This document shows, piece after piece, positions 19,183 to 29,758 of a stretch of DNA of 64,000 nucleotides. The stretch is from Gemmatimonadales bacterium. GTDB taxonomy: Bacteria; Gemmatimonadota; Gemmatimonadetes; Gemmatimonadales; GWC2-71-9. Location: the NCBI GenBank assembly GCA_039794085.1, contig JBDIWC010000011.1, positions 28,953 to 92,952 of the forward strand, given 5' to 3'. The position numbers were made by a program, and so were the translations under genes. Every line of letters starts with the position of its first letter. Position 1 is the stretch's first letter. The notes below the pieces were generated by a model. The model had not been told where the DNA came from and did not search any database. It saw only the letters and a list, made by a program, of their open reading frames with translations.

Positions 19183-21914
19183 CCATACTCCTCGACGGTG
19201 TGCCGGTCTCCCCGGAGGTAGACCCACCCGCTGGCACCGCTCCAGACCAACTGCCCGGCGCGGCGTTCCCGGCCAGCCCGCGGTTCGTTGACCAGGAGGT
19301 CGAAGCGGATGCGGGCGTGGAGCGGGAGGGAACCGAGCGTGGGGCAGTCGATCGCCACAGTGAGGCAGTAGCCCGGCCCCTCGTCCTCGATCGGTTGCCA
19401 GGCGCCGCGTACCTCGGCAGCGTGACCCGCCGTTCCCGAGGCGGGACGCACCCGGATGCGTCCGTCGTCGCTGGGGACGATGAGCCATCCCCGCGGGGCC
19501 TCGTCCTCGAGCTGCAGATAGACCTGGATGCCCTCGCCGTGGATGTCATCCGGCTCGTTGTCGAGCAGGAGGGGAGCGGCGTTGTCGCCCCGGATGACGA
19601 GGTCGGGCTTCTGCACCACCACGGCGAGGTACACCGTCTCCGCGTCCCAGTTCACATGAGCCTCGGCGCGGAATTGCTCGGGACCCTCCCAGGGATCCTC
19701 GCTCCGGCGGTACTGGTGTTCGTCGTCGAGGAAGAGCGGGTCGTCGGTGACGAACCCGTCGAGGGTTCCATCGAGCGCGGGAGGGTCGCCCACACCGATC
19801 GCGGCACCCGACGTTTCCCACGGCGGCTTCGGACTGAAGAGGGGCCTGTGCTTCGCGGGTTTGGGAAGGACCCCTTCGAGGCGGATCACCTGTCCCGCCG
19901 TCGGTCCTGTGACCTGGGCTCCGCGACTCTCGATCTGGACGACCGTGTCCCGTCCGTCGCGGTGTACCAATGTGATCCGGTCTCCCGTCACCCGCACCTC
20001 GCGAATGCCGGTGGCCGGATCATCGGGCGCGAGGTCGCACACGGCCACCTGACGCGCTCCTTCACCGGTGACCGACGTGTCGCGCCGGAGGAAAGTCCGA
20101 GGCTCACCGCCGGGAAGTCCCGGACCACGGGCCCGGAGCAGGTGCGAGGCACCGGGGAAATGGAGGGCCATCGCCGTCTCCCCCTCACGGGCGTGCACCC
20201 GGATGCCGGTGTCGACCGCACACGTCTCGGCGTTCGTCGCCTGGCTGTCGTCGAGGGTTGCTGCGGTCCACCCGCCGTCAGGCTCGACACGCAGCTCGCC
20301 GGCGGGGTGCCAGAGCACCTCCAGTTGTGAGGCGGTGGCACCGGCGTCGACGGAGACGAGATCCACGACCCAGGCCGGGCCCGCCACGACGGAGCGGGTG
20401 ACCGGCCCCGAGCGGCTCCGGACCCAGCCGATACCGGTCGTGTCGTCATGGTCGTAGGCTTCCGCGTATCCGTCGCCCGTGAGCGGCGTCCCGTCGAGCA
20501 GGGGGACGTTGTGCGCCAGCGCCGAACGGTACCAGGGGAGAGTGGGAGAGACGTAGCTCCCGGTGCCGGGATCGGGAAGCCAGTGGACTCCGCCGGAATG
20601 GAGGGTGAGGTGGAGACGGTCGGCGTGGCCATGTCCCTCGCCGGAGGAGGTGCAGTCGAGGGAGAGGTAGCGGTCGTCGTGTCGGAGGACGGCGAGTCCC
20701 TGGTCAGCGAAGTACGTGCCCCGAGGATTCCACGCGGTGTCAGTCGCCGGTCCCTCGGGGTCCATGGTGAGGAGTGCCCAGTAGGAGAGATCGGATCGGG
20801 ACCGGGATTCCGGGGGCTTTTCCCCGGCCTCGTGCAACCAGGCGTCGTAGCCCTGGGCGGCGGGGGCCGGGAGCCGGTAGAGGTGCGCGAGCCAGGCATC
20901 GAGGGCCTCCCGCGCCTCGGGCAGCCAGGCCCGTCCCGCCTCCCAGCATTCGAGGTAGGCGGGGTGTGCCAGACTCACCCCGTAGCGGGCATCCTTCCGG
21001 GCGGGGAAGGTGCCGTCGGGGAGTGCGGTTCGTGCCGGAGCGAGGAGTGCCTGTCCGAGGAGTGCCGCAAGGGCGGGATCCGCGGTGTAATCCACTCCCG
21101 CGAGCCGGGCCCAGGCCAGCCCACGCAACAGGCCCTGGATGGCAAAGAGGTGATAGTTCTCCCCCTCGAACCAGAGACCGTCGTGTCCGAAGCCGTCGGT
21201 CAGGTGTCCGAGGAGTCCGGTACGGCCCTCGATGGCGATGCGGGCGAGGTCCTCGTCTTCGAACCAGACCGCGATCGCCGTCAGGGCCGCGGCGTGCCAG
21301 GTCTGCCGGTTCGACATCCCCTCGTTGAACTCGCCGATCAGGGTGCTCGACTCCTCGATGAGGGCGGAGATGCGGTCGAGGTCCCGCTCCTCGAGGGCGT
21401 CGGCCTCGCGCAGGAGGTGAGCCGCGGTGAGATAGTGCTGCAGCCAGATCGATTCGAGGTAGGTGGAGAAGAAGAGATGGCTCGGCCCGAGAACGTTGTC
21501 CTGGTTCGGGAGCTCGAAGTAGACCTCGGGGTAGGCCAGGACGAGGTCGCGGGCGGCCTGGAGGGCGTCGTCGTTCTCGGCCGTCACGCCGACCGTGGCG
21601 AGGTGGGCGGCACGCTCGGCCAGCCAGAGGTGTTGCCCCCGCACCCAGTGCCGGTCGTGGCGGATGCCCCGGTACACCGTTCCGCAGGTGGGGCACTCAT
21701 GCGCGTCGGGGCTGTGCGGGTCGAAGCGGAGAGGGGTTCCGTCCGTGGAGCAGACTCCCCCGTCGACCGAGAGGAGGGCCTTGAGCCGGGGAACCTCGAT
21801 CGGCGAAGCGATCCAGGGTCGGGCCCGGGTGGCCAGGCGGTCGAGGAGGGCGCTCAGGTCGGGGGACCGGGTCAAAGCATCACGATGGAGGGGGAACCTG
21901 TCGGCGGTCAGCAC
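19164..21914 (-). CDS. Heparinase II/III-like (oligoalginate-lyase-like) protein with C-terminal sugar-binding domain
   Basis: SNRQTW, WFEGENYH, GHGHADRL, DPGTGSY, AHN; PALDGTLD and WDAETVYLAV (CBM9-like). Confidence 0.8.
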   Translation of the reverse strand: MLTADRFPLHRDALTRSPDLSALLDRLATRARPWIASPIEVPRLKALLSVDGGVCSTDGTPLRFDPHSPDAHECPTCGTVYRGIRHDRHWVRGQHLWLAERAAHLATVGVTAENDDALQAARDLVLAYPEVYFELPNQDNVLGPSHLFFSTYLESIWLQHYLTAAHLLREADALEERDLDRISALIEESSTLIGEFNEGMSNRQTWHAAALTAIAVWFEDEDLARIAIEGRTGLLGHLTDGFGHDGLWFEGENYHLFAIQGLLRGLAWARLAGVDYTADPALAALLGQALLAPARTALPDGTFPARKDARYGVSLAHPAYLECWEAGRAWLPEAREALDAWLAHLYRLPAPAAQGYDAWLHEAGEKPPESRSRSDLSYWALLTMDPEGPATDTAWNPRGTYFADQGLAVLRHDDRYLSLDCTSSGEGHGHADRLHLTLHSGGVHWLPDPGTGSYVSPTLPWYRSALAHNVPLLDGTPLTGDGYAEAYDHDDTTGIGWVRSRSGPVTRSVVAGPAWVVDLVSVDAGATASQLEVLWHPAGELRVEPDGGWTAATLDDSQATNAETCAVDTGIRVHAREGETAMALHFPGASHLLRARGPGLPGGEPRTFLRRDTSVTGEGARQVAVCDLAPDDPATGIREVRVTGDRITLVHRDGRDTVVQIESRGAQVTGPTAGQVIRLEGVLPKPAKHRPLFSPKPPWETSGAAIGVGDPPALDGTLDGFVTDDPLFLDDEHQYRRSEDPWEGPEQFRAEAHVNWDAETVYLAVVVQKPDLVIRGDNAAPLLLDNEPDDIHGEGIQVYLQLEDEAPRGWLIVPSDDGRIRVRPASGTAGHAAEVRGAWQPIEDEGPGYCLTVAIDCPTLGSLPLHARIRFDLLVNEPRAGRERRAGQLVWSGASGWVYLRGDRHTVEEYGWLDLT

Positions 21915-22156
21915 CAGGGGGCATCTCCGGAATTCGGGGAAACTCCCTCAAGACTAATGGCGGGCGACGTCGGCCGCAGGGGTTGGCGTCTCCCTGCTCC
22001 TGCCTTATTCTCGGTGGCACCACCATATCTTTCCGGGACAATGCTCACCATGGTCCGTACCGCTGGATGCCGGATCGCCGGCGCTGCTGTGCTCGTGGCA
22101 CCCGGGTACCGTCCGCGATGCTCACGCAGGATGTGGTCAAGATGGTCCCGGTTCCC

Positions 22157-23317
22157 ATGAACGACGCAGCCAGGGGAAAGGTCGAGGGGGGGGGGCGGCT
22201 GGACGCCTTCCGGAGTCGGCTCGTGGCTCCCCTTGAAACCGCCCTTGCTTCCGCCTGCCAGGGTGGGGTGACCCGGGCCGCCGAGGCATCGGTGCGTCAG
22301 CTCGCAGCGGCGCTTCGGCAATCCCCTGCGACGGAGGGATTGGAGGCGCTGCGCGCCGCGGCTCTCCGTGCCGAACGGGCCCCCTTTTCTGAACTCTCCG
22401 CATGTGCCGCCGAGGTTCTCGGTCTCCTGCAGGCGGCCCTGGGGAAACACTCTGCCGCGCCACTCTCTCCAGCACCACCGGCACCACCGCCGCCGCCACT
22501 CCCGCAACCTCCGGCACCTGCTCCACCGCCAGTCGTCCCCCCCCCGCTGTCCGTCGCCACTCCGGTCCCTCCATCGAGCGGGGGTAGCTCACACGAGCGC
22601 ACTGCGCTGCTCGACCGGTTCTTCTACGTCACCAGCGCACAGGTCGAGCCGGTTCCGGTGGTCGTGCTGGCGAGTGATGCCGCGTCGGTGGACCTCCTCC
22701 GGCGGCAGTTGCCGGTCACGGCCGCGATCGGCAGGTGGGATGAGGAGACCTGGGTGGGTTTCTTTCCCCGGCGGGATCTGGAAGGGGTCCGGGTGCTGCT
22801 GACCGGCGCAATTCGGGACACTGCCATCCGCGCGGTGCTGGGCTCAGTGCCCGCGGGGCACGCCCTGGAACCATTGGTGGGGCGTCTGCGCGAAGTGGTG
22901 ACAGATGAAGCCACGGAACCGGGCCGGTTGGAGGTGGTGGAAGACGAAGTAGCCGCGGCCGGCGATGCGGTGCACTACGCCCTGGTGTCGGTGGAGGAGG
23001 AGGGCGTGGCCACCCAACTGGTGGATCGACTGGGGCGGTCGGGCCTGCTGGTCCACCGGTGTGCGACCACGGGGGAACTCCTGCAGGCGGCGCGACGGAT
23101 CATCCCCGATGTCGTGGTCGTGGTGCTCGGGGACACGAGCCGCGCGGGGCCGGAGATCGTGGACCAGCTTCGGCACGTCCGGGGGTACGACTATGTGCCG
23201 GTCCTGATGACGGGGGGTGCCGTGGACGAGATCCCCCATCCCCGGGTGGAGTTTTCCCGCGCCCCGCTCGCCGTGGAGGAAATCGTGCGGCGGGTTCATG
23301 CGCTGGTGACGCAATAA
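22157..23317 (+). CDS. Degenerate Hpt-like / GGDEF-like / receiver-like signalling protein
   Basis: Helical N-domain, Pro-rich linker, IGRWDEET, C-terminal REC fold (PDVVVVV..VPVLMTG); start uncertain. Confidence 0.6.
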   Translation: MNDAARGKVEGGGRLDAFRSRLVAPLETALASACQGGVTRAAEASVRQLAAALRQSPATEGLEALRAAALRAERAPFSELSACAAEVLGLLQAALGKHSAAPLSPAPPAPPPPPLPQPPAPAPPPVVPPPLSVATPVPPSSGGSSHERTALLDRFFYVTSAQVEPVPVVVLASDAASVDLLRRQLPVTAAIGRWDEETWVGFFPRRDLEGVRVLLTGAIRDTAIRAVLGSVPAGHALEPLVGRLREVVTDEATEPGRLEVVEDEVAAAGDAVHYALVSVEEEGVATQLVDRLGRSGLLVHRCATTGELLQAARRIIPDVVVVVLGDTSRAGPEIVDQLRHVRGYDYVPVLMTGGAVDEIPHPRVEFSRAPLAVEEIVRRVHALVTQ

Positions 23318-23330
23318 CGGAAGTTTTCTG

Positions 23331-23469
23331 TGTTCAGTTTTCAGTGTTCAGTAGGTGCGCCGCTTGCGGCGCACCCACAGGGGGACCGAGGGGCAGGTCT
23401 GCCGCTCCGCGGGGGCACACCTCCCATCGTCCTTCTCCTTTCGAACTTCGAACCTCACACTTCCAACTT
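23331..23469. repeat. TTCAGTK heptamers, GTAG-tagged REP (23351-23375) and ACTTCRA heptamers
   Basis: GTAG overlapping the palindrome GGTGCGCCGC-TT-GCGGCGCACC. Confidence 0.75.
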
Positions 23470-24010
23470 GGTCTCCATCACGCGGGTCGTCGTGGCGCAC
23501 GAGACGTCCTTCGCCGCGGCCGGTGCCCCGAGTCCACCATCCCCGGTCACGCCACCGTACACTTTTCGCAGGATCCAGAGGCTCACGTGGACCAGGGAAA
23601 TGAGGACCGGGACCTCCACCAGCGGCCCCACCACGGTGGCGAACGCCACCGGTGACGTGATGCCGAAGACGGCGATGGCCACGGCGATGGCGAGTTCGAA
23701 GTTGTTTCCCGAGGCGGTGAACGCCAGGGTGGCGCTCCGGCTGTAGTCGGCCCCCAGCCGGTGGGCCATGCCGAAGCTGACCCCGAACATGATCACGAAA
23801 TAGCCCGCCAGGGGGAGGGCGATCCAGAGCACGTCGAGTGGCTGTTGGATCATCCGCTCGCCCCTGCAGGCTGAACATGACCACGATGGTGAAGAGGAGT
23901 GCGGTAAGGGTGAGGGGGGAGATGCGCCGGATGAAGACCTCGTCGTACCAGGTCACTCCCTTGAGAGGCACGAGGATCACACGGCTCAGGATCCCCGCCG
24001 CGAGGGTGGT
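23455..24010 (-). pseudogene. acr3: Second Acr3 arsenite exporter, C-terminal half, frameshifted
   Basis: [19 protein letters not shown] / [13 protein letters not shown] / GPLVEVPVL. Confidence 0.85.
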
Positions 24011-24029
24011 GCGGAGTACCCCGCCGCCG

Positions 24030-24128
24030 GGTGGCTCCGCGAGTGTCCACCAGCAACGCCAGGGTGCGCCCCATGAGGAACGTCTCGTCGTCGGGGTGAG
24101 CCAGAACCGCCAAGATCCGCCGGGACAT
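24030..24128 (-). pseudogene. PIG-L family deacetylase, N-terminal stub
   Basis: [15 protein letters not shown]. Confidence 0.7.
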
Positions 24129-24129
24129 G

Positions 24130-25037
24130 TCAGGCCTCCCCCGTGCCGCCGAGCGCCTCCAACTTCGGGGGCACGAGGAGCGTGGGCACGGAAGCCCGGC
24201 GGGCCACCCGGTGGGCCACCCCCCCCAGGAGCAGCTTGCCAAAGAAGCCCCGCCCCTGGGTACCCATGACCACCAACGTCACGTCCTCCGCCTCGCTCGC
24301 GGCCACGATCTCCCGGGCCGGGGACCCGAATGAGATCTGGATGTTCACCTGCCTCACGCCGCGCCCCGTGAGAGCGTCGCGGAGCCGCTCGAGCCGGCCG
24401 CGGTCGATGCGGTCGAACTCCTCCAACCGGACTCGGTCCTCGGCGCGGATCCGGCCTGCGGACTGGACGTGGAGGAGTGTAACGCGGCGCATGCCGAGGT
24501 CCGCGAGCTTCTCGATCACTTGGAACGCGGCTCAGCAGCGTCACTGAAGTCGGTGGCGAAGGCCACATGTCTGAGGAGCTCGCCGCACACGACCTCACAC
24601 CGGTCGCCGTCGCCTTCCTGCCTGGGCTTGAGGTGGAGGACGAGCACGGGGCACGTCGCGTCATGGAGCACGTGCGTCGTGGTAGATCCAAGAACGACCG
24701 TGCGGACCACGCTGTCGCTGGTGGCCGCCATGACGATGAGCGAGCAGTCGCCCCCCCGCGCGCAGCGGCTGACGACCTCGTGGATGGCCGCGCCCGGAGC
24801 CACTTCGGGCGTGACCTCGAAGCCCTGCGCTCGCAGGCTGGACGCCTGCTCCTGGATCCTGGGCTCAGCCTGCTCCTGCAGGCGCGGCGCCATGTCCGGC
24901 AGGTGCCGGAGGCCGAGGGCGTGAAGGAGCACGATCTGCCGAGCGCCCAGCTGCTTCAGTGCATGGGCGCAACGGACCATCGCCTAGGAGGCGGGAGACA
25001 GGTCGGAGGCCATCAGAACCTTATTGAACATGGTCAT
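24130..25037 (-). pseudogene. Tandem-domain universal stress protein (nonsense plus frameshift)
   Basis: MFNKVLMASDLSPAS*; VLGSTT..ATCPVLV; ATDFS; frameshift near 24520; [20 protein letters not shown]. Confidence 0.85.
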
Positions 25038-25044
25038 TTCTCCG

Positions 25045-26187
25045 TCACCGGGGTTGCGGTGCGTTTCGGGAATACGGCGCCGGCGCGTCCGCACCGACCA
25101 GGCCCGTGTGTCCACCGGAGGCCGCCGCCACCGCCGCCCCCCCGTAGTACCGCCTGCGGAAATAGAGGGCGACGTTGACGAGGCCGAGAAGCACCGGCAC
25201 CTCGACCAGGGGTCCGATGACCGTGGCGAACGCCACGGCGGAGTGGACGCCGAAGACGGCCACGGCCACGGCGATGGCCAGCTCGAAGTCGTTGCTGGCC
25301 GCCGTGAGGGACACGGTGGTGCTCTGCGGGTAGTCCGCACCGATCCACTTCGCCTTGGCGATGAAAAACGTGATGAGGAACATCGCCACGAAGTAGAGTG
25401 CCAAGGGGATGGCCACGCGCACCACATCCAGCGGGAGTTGGACGATTTGGCTCCCCTTGGACGAGAACATCACCACCACGGTGAAGAGCAATGCGATGAG
25501 CGTGATGGGGCTGATCCTGGGGATGAATTTCCTGGCGTACCACTCCTCACCGTGCCGGGGCACGAGGATGGCGCGGCTGAGGAAGCCCGCCACCATGGGC
25601 GTCCCCAGGAAGATCAGTACAATCCCCGCGATCTGGCCGACCCCGATGTCCACTCTGACGCTCTCCATGCCGAAGAACGGCGGGAGCACGGCCAGGAAGA
25701 TCCACGCGTACACGCCGTAGAAGAGCACCTGGAAGATGGCGTTGAAGGCCACGAGCCCCGCCACCAGGTCGGAGTCCCCGTGGGCCAGGTCGTTCCACAC
25801 CAGCACCATGGCGATGCAACGGGCCAGCCCCACCAGGATGAGCCCCACAGCGTACTCGGGCTTGTCGGGGAGGAGCAGGACGGCCAGGGCGAACATCACC
25901 ACCGGCCCCACCACCCAGTTCTGGAACAGGGAGAGACCCAGCACCCGCTTGTGGCGGAAAACGGTGTGGAGCTTGTTGTACTTCACCTTGGCCAGGGGAG
26001 GGTACATCATGAGGATCAGGCCGACGGCGATGGGCAGCGAGGCAGGCCCGATCTTGACCCGGTCGATGAGTTCCGCCGCGCCGGGCCAGACCCAGCCCAG
26101 CAGCACGCCGCCGAGCATGGCCAGGAAGATCCACAGCGTCAGGTACCGATCCAGGACCTTGAGCTTGACGCTCACGCGCTCCGACAT
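25045..26187 (-). CDS. acr3: ACR3 family arsenite efflux transporter
   Basis: [32 protein letters not shown]. Confidence 0.95.
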   Translation of the reverse strand: MSERVSVKLKVLDRYLTLWIFLAMLGGVLLGWVWPGAAELIDRVKIGPASLPIAVGLILMMYPPLAKVKYNKLHTVFRHKRVLGLSLFQNWVVGPVVMFALAVLLLPDKPEYAVGLILVGLARCIAMVLVWNDLAHGDSDLVAGLVAFNAIFQVLFYGVYAWIFLAVLPPFFGMESVRVDIGVGQIAGIVLIFLGTPMVAGFLSRAILVPRHGEEWYARKFIPRISPITLIALLFTVVVMFSSKGSQIVQLPLDVVRVAIPLALYFVAMFLITFFIAKAKWIGADYPQSTTVSLTAASNDFELAIAVAVAVFGVHSAVAFATVIGPLVEVPVLLGLVNVALYFRRRYYGGAAVAAASGGHTGLVGADAPAPYSRNAPQPR

Positions 26188-26249
26188 GTCGTTCCTCTCG
26201 GTAGTGGTGTTCGACCGTTCTGCTTCTTAGTCTCCCCCGCCCTGCAGCC

Positions 26250-28046
26250 TCACGCGACCTGCGTCATCGCCCTCGTCGGCGGGTCGATCATGGCCCGCAG
26301 GCCCGTCGCCCCCCGCGGCTCCTCGCCGAGGCGGGGGACCACGAAGGTGCGCTGGGTGAGATCCTCCGCTACTCGGCGGATCTGCGCCACCTCCTCCACG
26401 GCCCGGCTCCGGAGGAGCGGATCGGTGGGCCCTGCCGCGGCCAGGCTGTTGTTCACCACCCAGCCCCAGGGCTCGATCCCGGCACGCCGGAGGTCCTCGG
26501 CCAGAGCCATGGCTTCCAGCACGGGCGTCGTTTCCGCGAGAGTCACCAACAGGACCTTGGTGTAGTCGGCGTCGCGGAGCCGCATGAGGGGCGTGGTGAT
26601 GGCGCCCTCGCGGTCGCCGACGTTCCTCATGATCTCCCGGTGGTAGGACCCGGCGGCGTCCAGGAGCAGGAGCGTGTGCCCGGTGGGCGCCGTGTCCATG
26701 ATCACCAGCTCCCGACGCGCGCCCGAGACGACCTTGGAGAAGGCATGGAAGACGGCCACCTCTTCGGTGCAGGGCGAGCGGAGATCCTCTTCGAGGAGGG
26801 CGCGCCCGTCGGCGTCCAGATCCTGGCCGGCCCGGGCCATGACCTTGGCCCGGTAGGCGGCGACCTCCTCCTCGGGATCGATACGTGTCATGCGGAGCGG
26901 CCCTTCGGAGGCGCCCACCACGTCGGCCACGTGGGCCGCCGGGTCCGTGGTGGTGAGGTGGACGGACACGCCCCGGGAGGCCAGCTCCACGGCCAGCGCC
27001 GCTGCCACCGACGTCTTGCCCACGCCGCCCTTCCCCATGACCATGACCAGGCCGTGCCCGCGCTCGGCCAACTCGTCCACCAGCGACGCCAGGGACGCGG
27101 TGTTCGCGGGGAGTGAGAGAACCTCACCCGCCGCGGGCGCAGGCGCGGAGGAGGAGGACCCATCCTCCCTGGCCAGCAACCGCCGTACTGCCTCCAGCCC
27201 AACGATGTTCTCGCCGCGCAGCGGGATTCGCGTCGACGAGACGGACCGTAGCACCTCCGGCATGTCGTCCAGCGCCTGGCGTCCACCCTGCTCCAGGGCC
27301 ACCGCCAGCGGATCGCTCCGGTCGGCTGCCTCGAAGAGGCCGTTGATAACCAGGTGCTGGTTGCGGAGCCCCGTCTCAGCGAGTTCCCCGCTGGAGCGGG
27401 CCGCCTCACCCAGGGCCCCCGCCTCGGGGCGCGTTACCAGCACGAGGAGCGTACGGTCCCTGTCCGACAGGGCACGCACGGCCGCGGCGTACCGCTCGTG
27501 CTGCATCTTCAGCCCCGAGGCGGGGCCCAGGCAGGTGGCGCCGCGCTCGTTGGTGTCCAGAAAGTCGGACCAGGCGGCGGGCAGGCGGAGGAGCCGGAGC
27601 GTGTGCCCGGTGGGGGCCGTGTCGAACACCACATGGTCGAACGCCGCCGCCGCACCGTCCTCCCCCAGGAGCATGGTAAACTCGTCGAACGCCGCCACCT
27701 CGACCGTGCAGGCACCCGACAACTGCTCCTCCATGCCCGCCACGGTGTCCGCGGGCAACAGATCCCGAACCGGTCCCACCACTCGCTCCCGGTACGCCAG
27801 GGCCGCCGCCTCGGGATCGATGTTCAGGGCCGAAAGACCATCAACCCCGGGAACCGGTGTCGGATCCCGGCCCAGGGCAACGCCGAGCACATCGTCCAGA
27901 TTCGAGGCGGGATCCGTGCTCACCAGCAGCACGCGCTTGCCGCGGTCCGCCAGGAAGACGGCTGTGGCCGCTGCCAGTGACGTCTTGCCCACCCCGCCCT
28001 TTCCCGTGAAGAACAGGTGGCGCGGCGCATTCTCGATCCATTTCAT
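26250..28046 (-). CDS. arsA: Arsenical pump-driving ATPase
   Basis: Two GKGGVGKT P-loops, two DTAPTGH motifs, Cys in GACT, TCLGP and SPCTEE. Confidence 0.97.
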   Translation of the reverse strand: MKWIENAPRHLFFTGKGGVGKTSLAAATAVFLADRGKRVLLVSTDPASNLDDVLGVALGRDPTPVPGVDGLSALNIDPEAAALAYRERVVGPVRDLLPADTVAGMEEQLSGACTVEVAAFDEFTMLLGEDGAAAAFDHVVFDTAPTGHTLRLLRLPAAWSDFLDTNERGATCLGPASGLKMQHERYAAAVRALSDRDRTLLVLVTRPEAGALGEAARSSGELAETGLRNQHLVINGLFEAADRSDPLAVALEQGGRQALDDMPEVLRSVSSTRIPLRGENIVGLEAVRRLLAREDGSSSSAPAPAAGEVLSLPANTASLASLVDELAERGHGLVMVMGKGGVGKTSVAAALAVELASRGVSVHLTTTDPAAHVADVVGASEGPLRMTRIDPEEEVAAYRAKVMARAGQDLDADGRALLEEDLRSPCTEEVAVFHAFSKVVSGARRELVIMDTAPTGHTLLLLDAAGSYHREIMRNVGDREGAITTPLMRLRDADYTKVLLVTLAETTPVLEAMALAEDLRRAGIEPWGWVVNNSLAAAGPTDPLLRSRAVEEVAQIRRVAEDLTQRTFVVPRLGEEPRGATGLRAMIDPPTRAMTQVA

Positions 28047-28387
28047 GCGGCACCACCCGTTTCGACCGTGGCGACGGGAGAGAGACCGGCCGTCCGTGCC
28101 AGCACGGTACGATCAGGATACTCCCCGGCGGACACGATCTCGTCGCCCCACAGCACGAGGGGGAGGCACCGGTCACCACGCTCCTGCAGGGCACGCCGGA
28201 CGACAGGATTCGTCACAAAGGCGCGCGGCTCCTGCGCGGGGTTGTACCGCTCCACCGACACTCCCTGCCGCGCGAGCCAGTCCAGGTCGGCCGAAAACCG
28301 CACCAACGCCGGGTCGACGTCCGAACCGCAAACGCCGGTGGAGCAGCACATCGGTTTGTCATAGACTCGCAGCACCATAACGCTCAT
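28043..28387 (-). CDS. arsD: Arsenite metallochaperone
   Basis: MCCSTGVCG. Confidence 0.95.
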   Translation of the reverse strand: MSVMVLRVYDKPMCCSTGVCGSDVDPALVRFSADLDWLARQGVSVERYNPAQEPRAFVTNPVVRRALQERGDRCLPLVLWGDEIVSAGEYPDRTVLARTAGLSPVATVETGGAA

Positions 28388-28424
28388 TGTCGTACTCCCT
28401 TTTTGGTCCGTACCAGCTGCAGGT

Positions 28425-28751
28425 TCAGAAGGTGTTCACGAGGAGCTTCAGTTGCCGCATTCCGATCGGGTCGATGCAGTAGCAGGCGCGTGGTCCGTCG
28501 ACCTCTCCCCTCACCAGGCCAGCCTCGCGGAGGATGCGGAGGTGTTCCGAGACCGTAGACTTGGCCAGCGGGAGCCGCTCCGCCAGGTCCCCGTAGAAAC
28601 AGCTCTCCTGGCCGGAGAGGAAGCGCACAATCTCCACGCGAACCGGGTGCCCCAAGGCCTTGGCCAGCCGGGCCAGGGTTTCGTCGGCCGCAGCACCGGT
28701 AGGGAGATCGGGAGACTCGGTGACCGCGGGGCAGCATGTGTCGGTGTTCAT
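28425..28751 (-). CDS. arsR: ArsR/SmtB family repressor
   Basis: KALGHPVR, STVSEHLRILREAGLV, N-terminal CC. Confidence 0.9.
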   Translation of the reverse strand: MNTDTCCPAVTESPDLPTGAAADETLARLAKALGHPVRVEIVRFLSGQESCFYGDLAERLPLAKSTVSEHLRILREAGLVRGEVDGPRACYCIDPIGMRQLKLLVNTF

Positions 28752-28771
28752 GGTGGCGCTCCAGTTCGTTG

Positions 28772-28791
28772 TTCGTCGAACGACGAATATA
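28772..28791 (-). promoter_or_regulatory. Putative ArsR operator overlapping the -10 element
   Basis: TTCGTCG-AA-CGACGAA palindrome; TATATT on the minus strand at 28786-28791. Confidence 0.65.
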
Positions 28792-28816
28792 CCAGGAGTA
28801 TCGGCGGGGCGCAACC

Positions 28817-29127
28817 GTAGGGGCGGCTCGTGAGCCGCCCTTGTTCGCAGCGCAAGTGTCCGGGTCTTGTGCACATGGAACTGCCTCAACGCAAAGGCGC
28901 CAGGACGCAGGGGCGCACGGGTGTTTGGAGCCCACGAAGGGATCCCAATCCGACGCGCCTCGGGGTCGCGCGTGGGTTTTCTTCGGCATGGGTTCCGGTC
29001 CTGCCCGAGTACCTCTCCACAGCCCAAGAGACTCTACAAGAAGCACAAAAGACACAAACGTCTCGCCTTGGAAGGGCCCCTCCGCACCGAGGGCGTGCCT
29101 CTTGTGACTTCTGTGCTTTTTGTGGCC
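28817..29127. repeat. GTAG REP (28817-28840), 8-mer array (28888-28917) and inverted 9-mer arrays (29036-29058 / 29101-29127)
   Basis: GTAG-GGGCGGCTC-GT-GAGCCGCCC; ACAAGAAGCACAAAAGACACAAA versus CTTGTGACTTCTGTGCTTTTTGTGG. Confidence 0.75.
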
Positions 29128-29178
29128 ATTCCCCTCGCACGGAGCGGCCGTTGGGATCGACGTGTCTGACGGGGGGTC

Positions 29179-29235
29179 GGGCGTCGCCCGAAATAGTGTT
29201 GCTTTTTTGTGTTCAATCTTGTCCGTAAGGGACTA
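29179..29235 (-). repeat. Dispersed 45-57 bp IS-end-like motif (copies at 63559 and 63903)
   Basis: TAGTCCCTTACGGACAAGATTGAACACAAAAAAGCAACACTATTT on the minus strand. Confidence 0.9.
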
Positions 29236-29271
29236 TGTCCTATTATGTCCTATGTCCTATGTCCCATGTCC
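29234..29271 (+). repeat. TATGTCC heptamer array (inverted partner at 31476-31531)
   Basis: About 5 units seen directly. Confidence 0.8.
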
Positions 29272-29323
29272 CGGTGTGGGGTGCGGGGGGGGGGGAGGAG
29301 GAACTCCGCCGAGCGGTCCCGGT

Positions 29324-29758
29324 TCAGGCGATCAGGGGGTTCCTGGCGGAGATGCCACCGAACCGGCTGAAGTCGCGATCGGCCGACCAGAGTTCCTTGA
29401 CTCCATGATGGCGACAGAGGGCCGCGACACGGGCGTCATGGACCTGACCTCCCACCACGCGTCCCTCCTCCAGCATTCCGCGCAGGATGGTCCAGTATCC
29501 GGGGCTCTCTCCCAGCATCAGCAGTCCGGGAGACTCGAGCCACGCATCGACCTGATCGAGCGCCAGCGAAAGCGGAGTGGGCGGACGGTAGATCCGCGGA
29601 TGGGTCACCACGGCGAGGAACTCGTGGACACAGGGCCAGGGAATGGCCCAAGGGCCATCATCCTGAGCCAGGCCGGCCAGCAGGTTCCACGCGACCTCGT
29701 GCCACGGGGAGTCCTCCCGGTGGGCGTAGACCAGGATGTTCGTGTCGACAGCGATCAC
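29324..29758 (-). CDS. vapC: PIN-domain toxin
   Basis: IAVDTNILVYA, HEF, VHDA, SADRDF. Confidence 0.9.
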   Translation of the reverse strand: MIAVDTNILVYAHREDSPWHEVAWNLLAGLAQDDGPWAIPWPCVHEFLAVVTHPRIYRPPTPLSLALDQVDAWLESPGLLMLGESPGYWTILRGMLEEGRVVGGQVHDARVAALCRHHGVKELWSADRDFSRFGGISARNPLIA

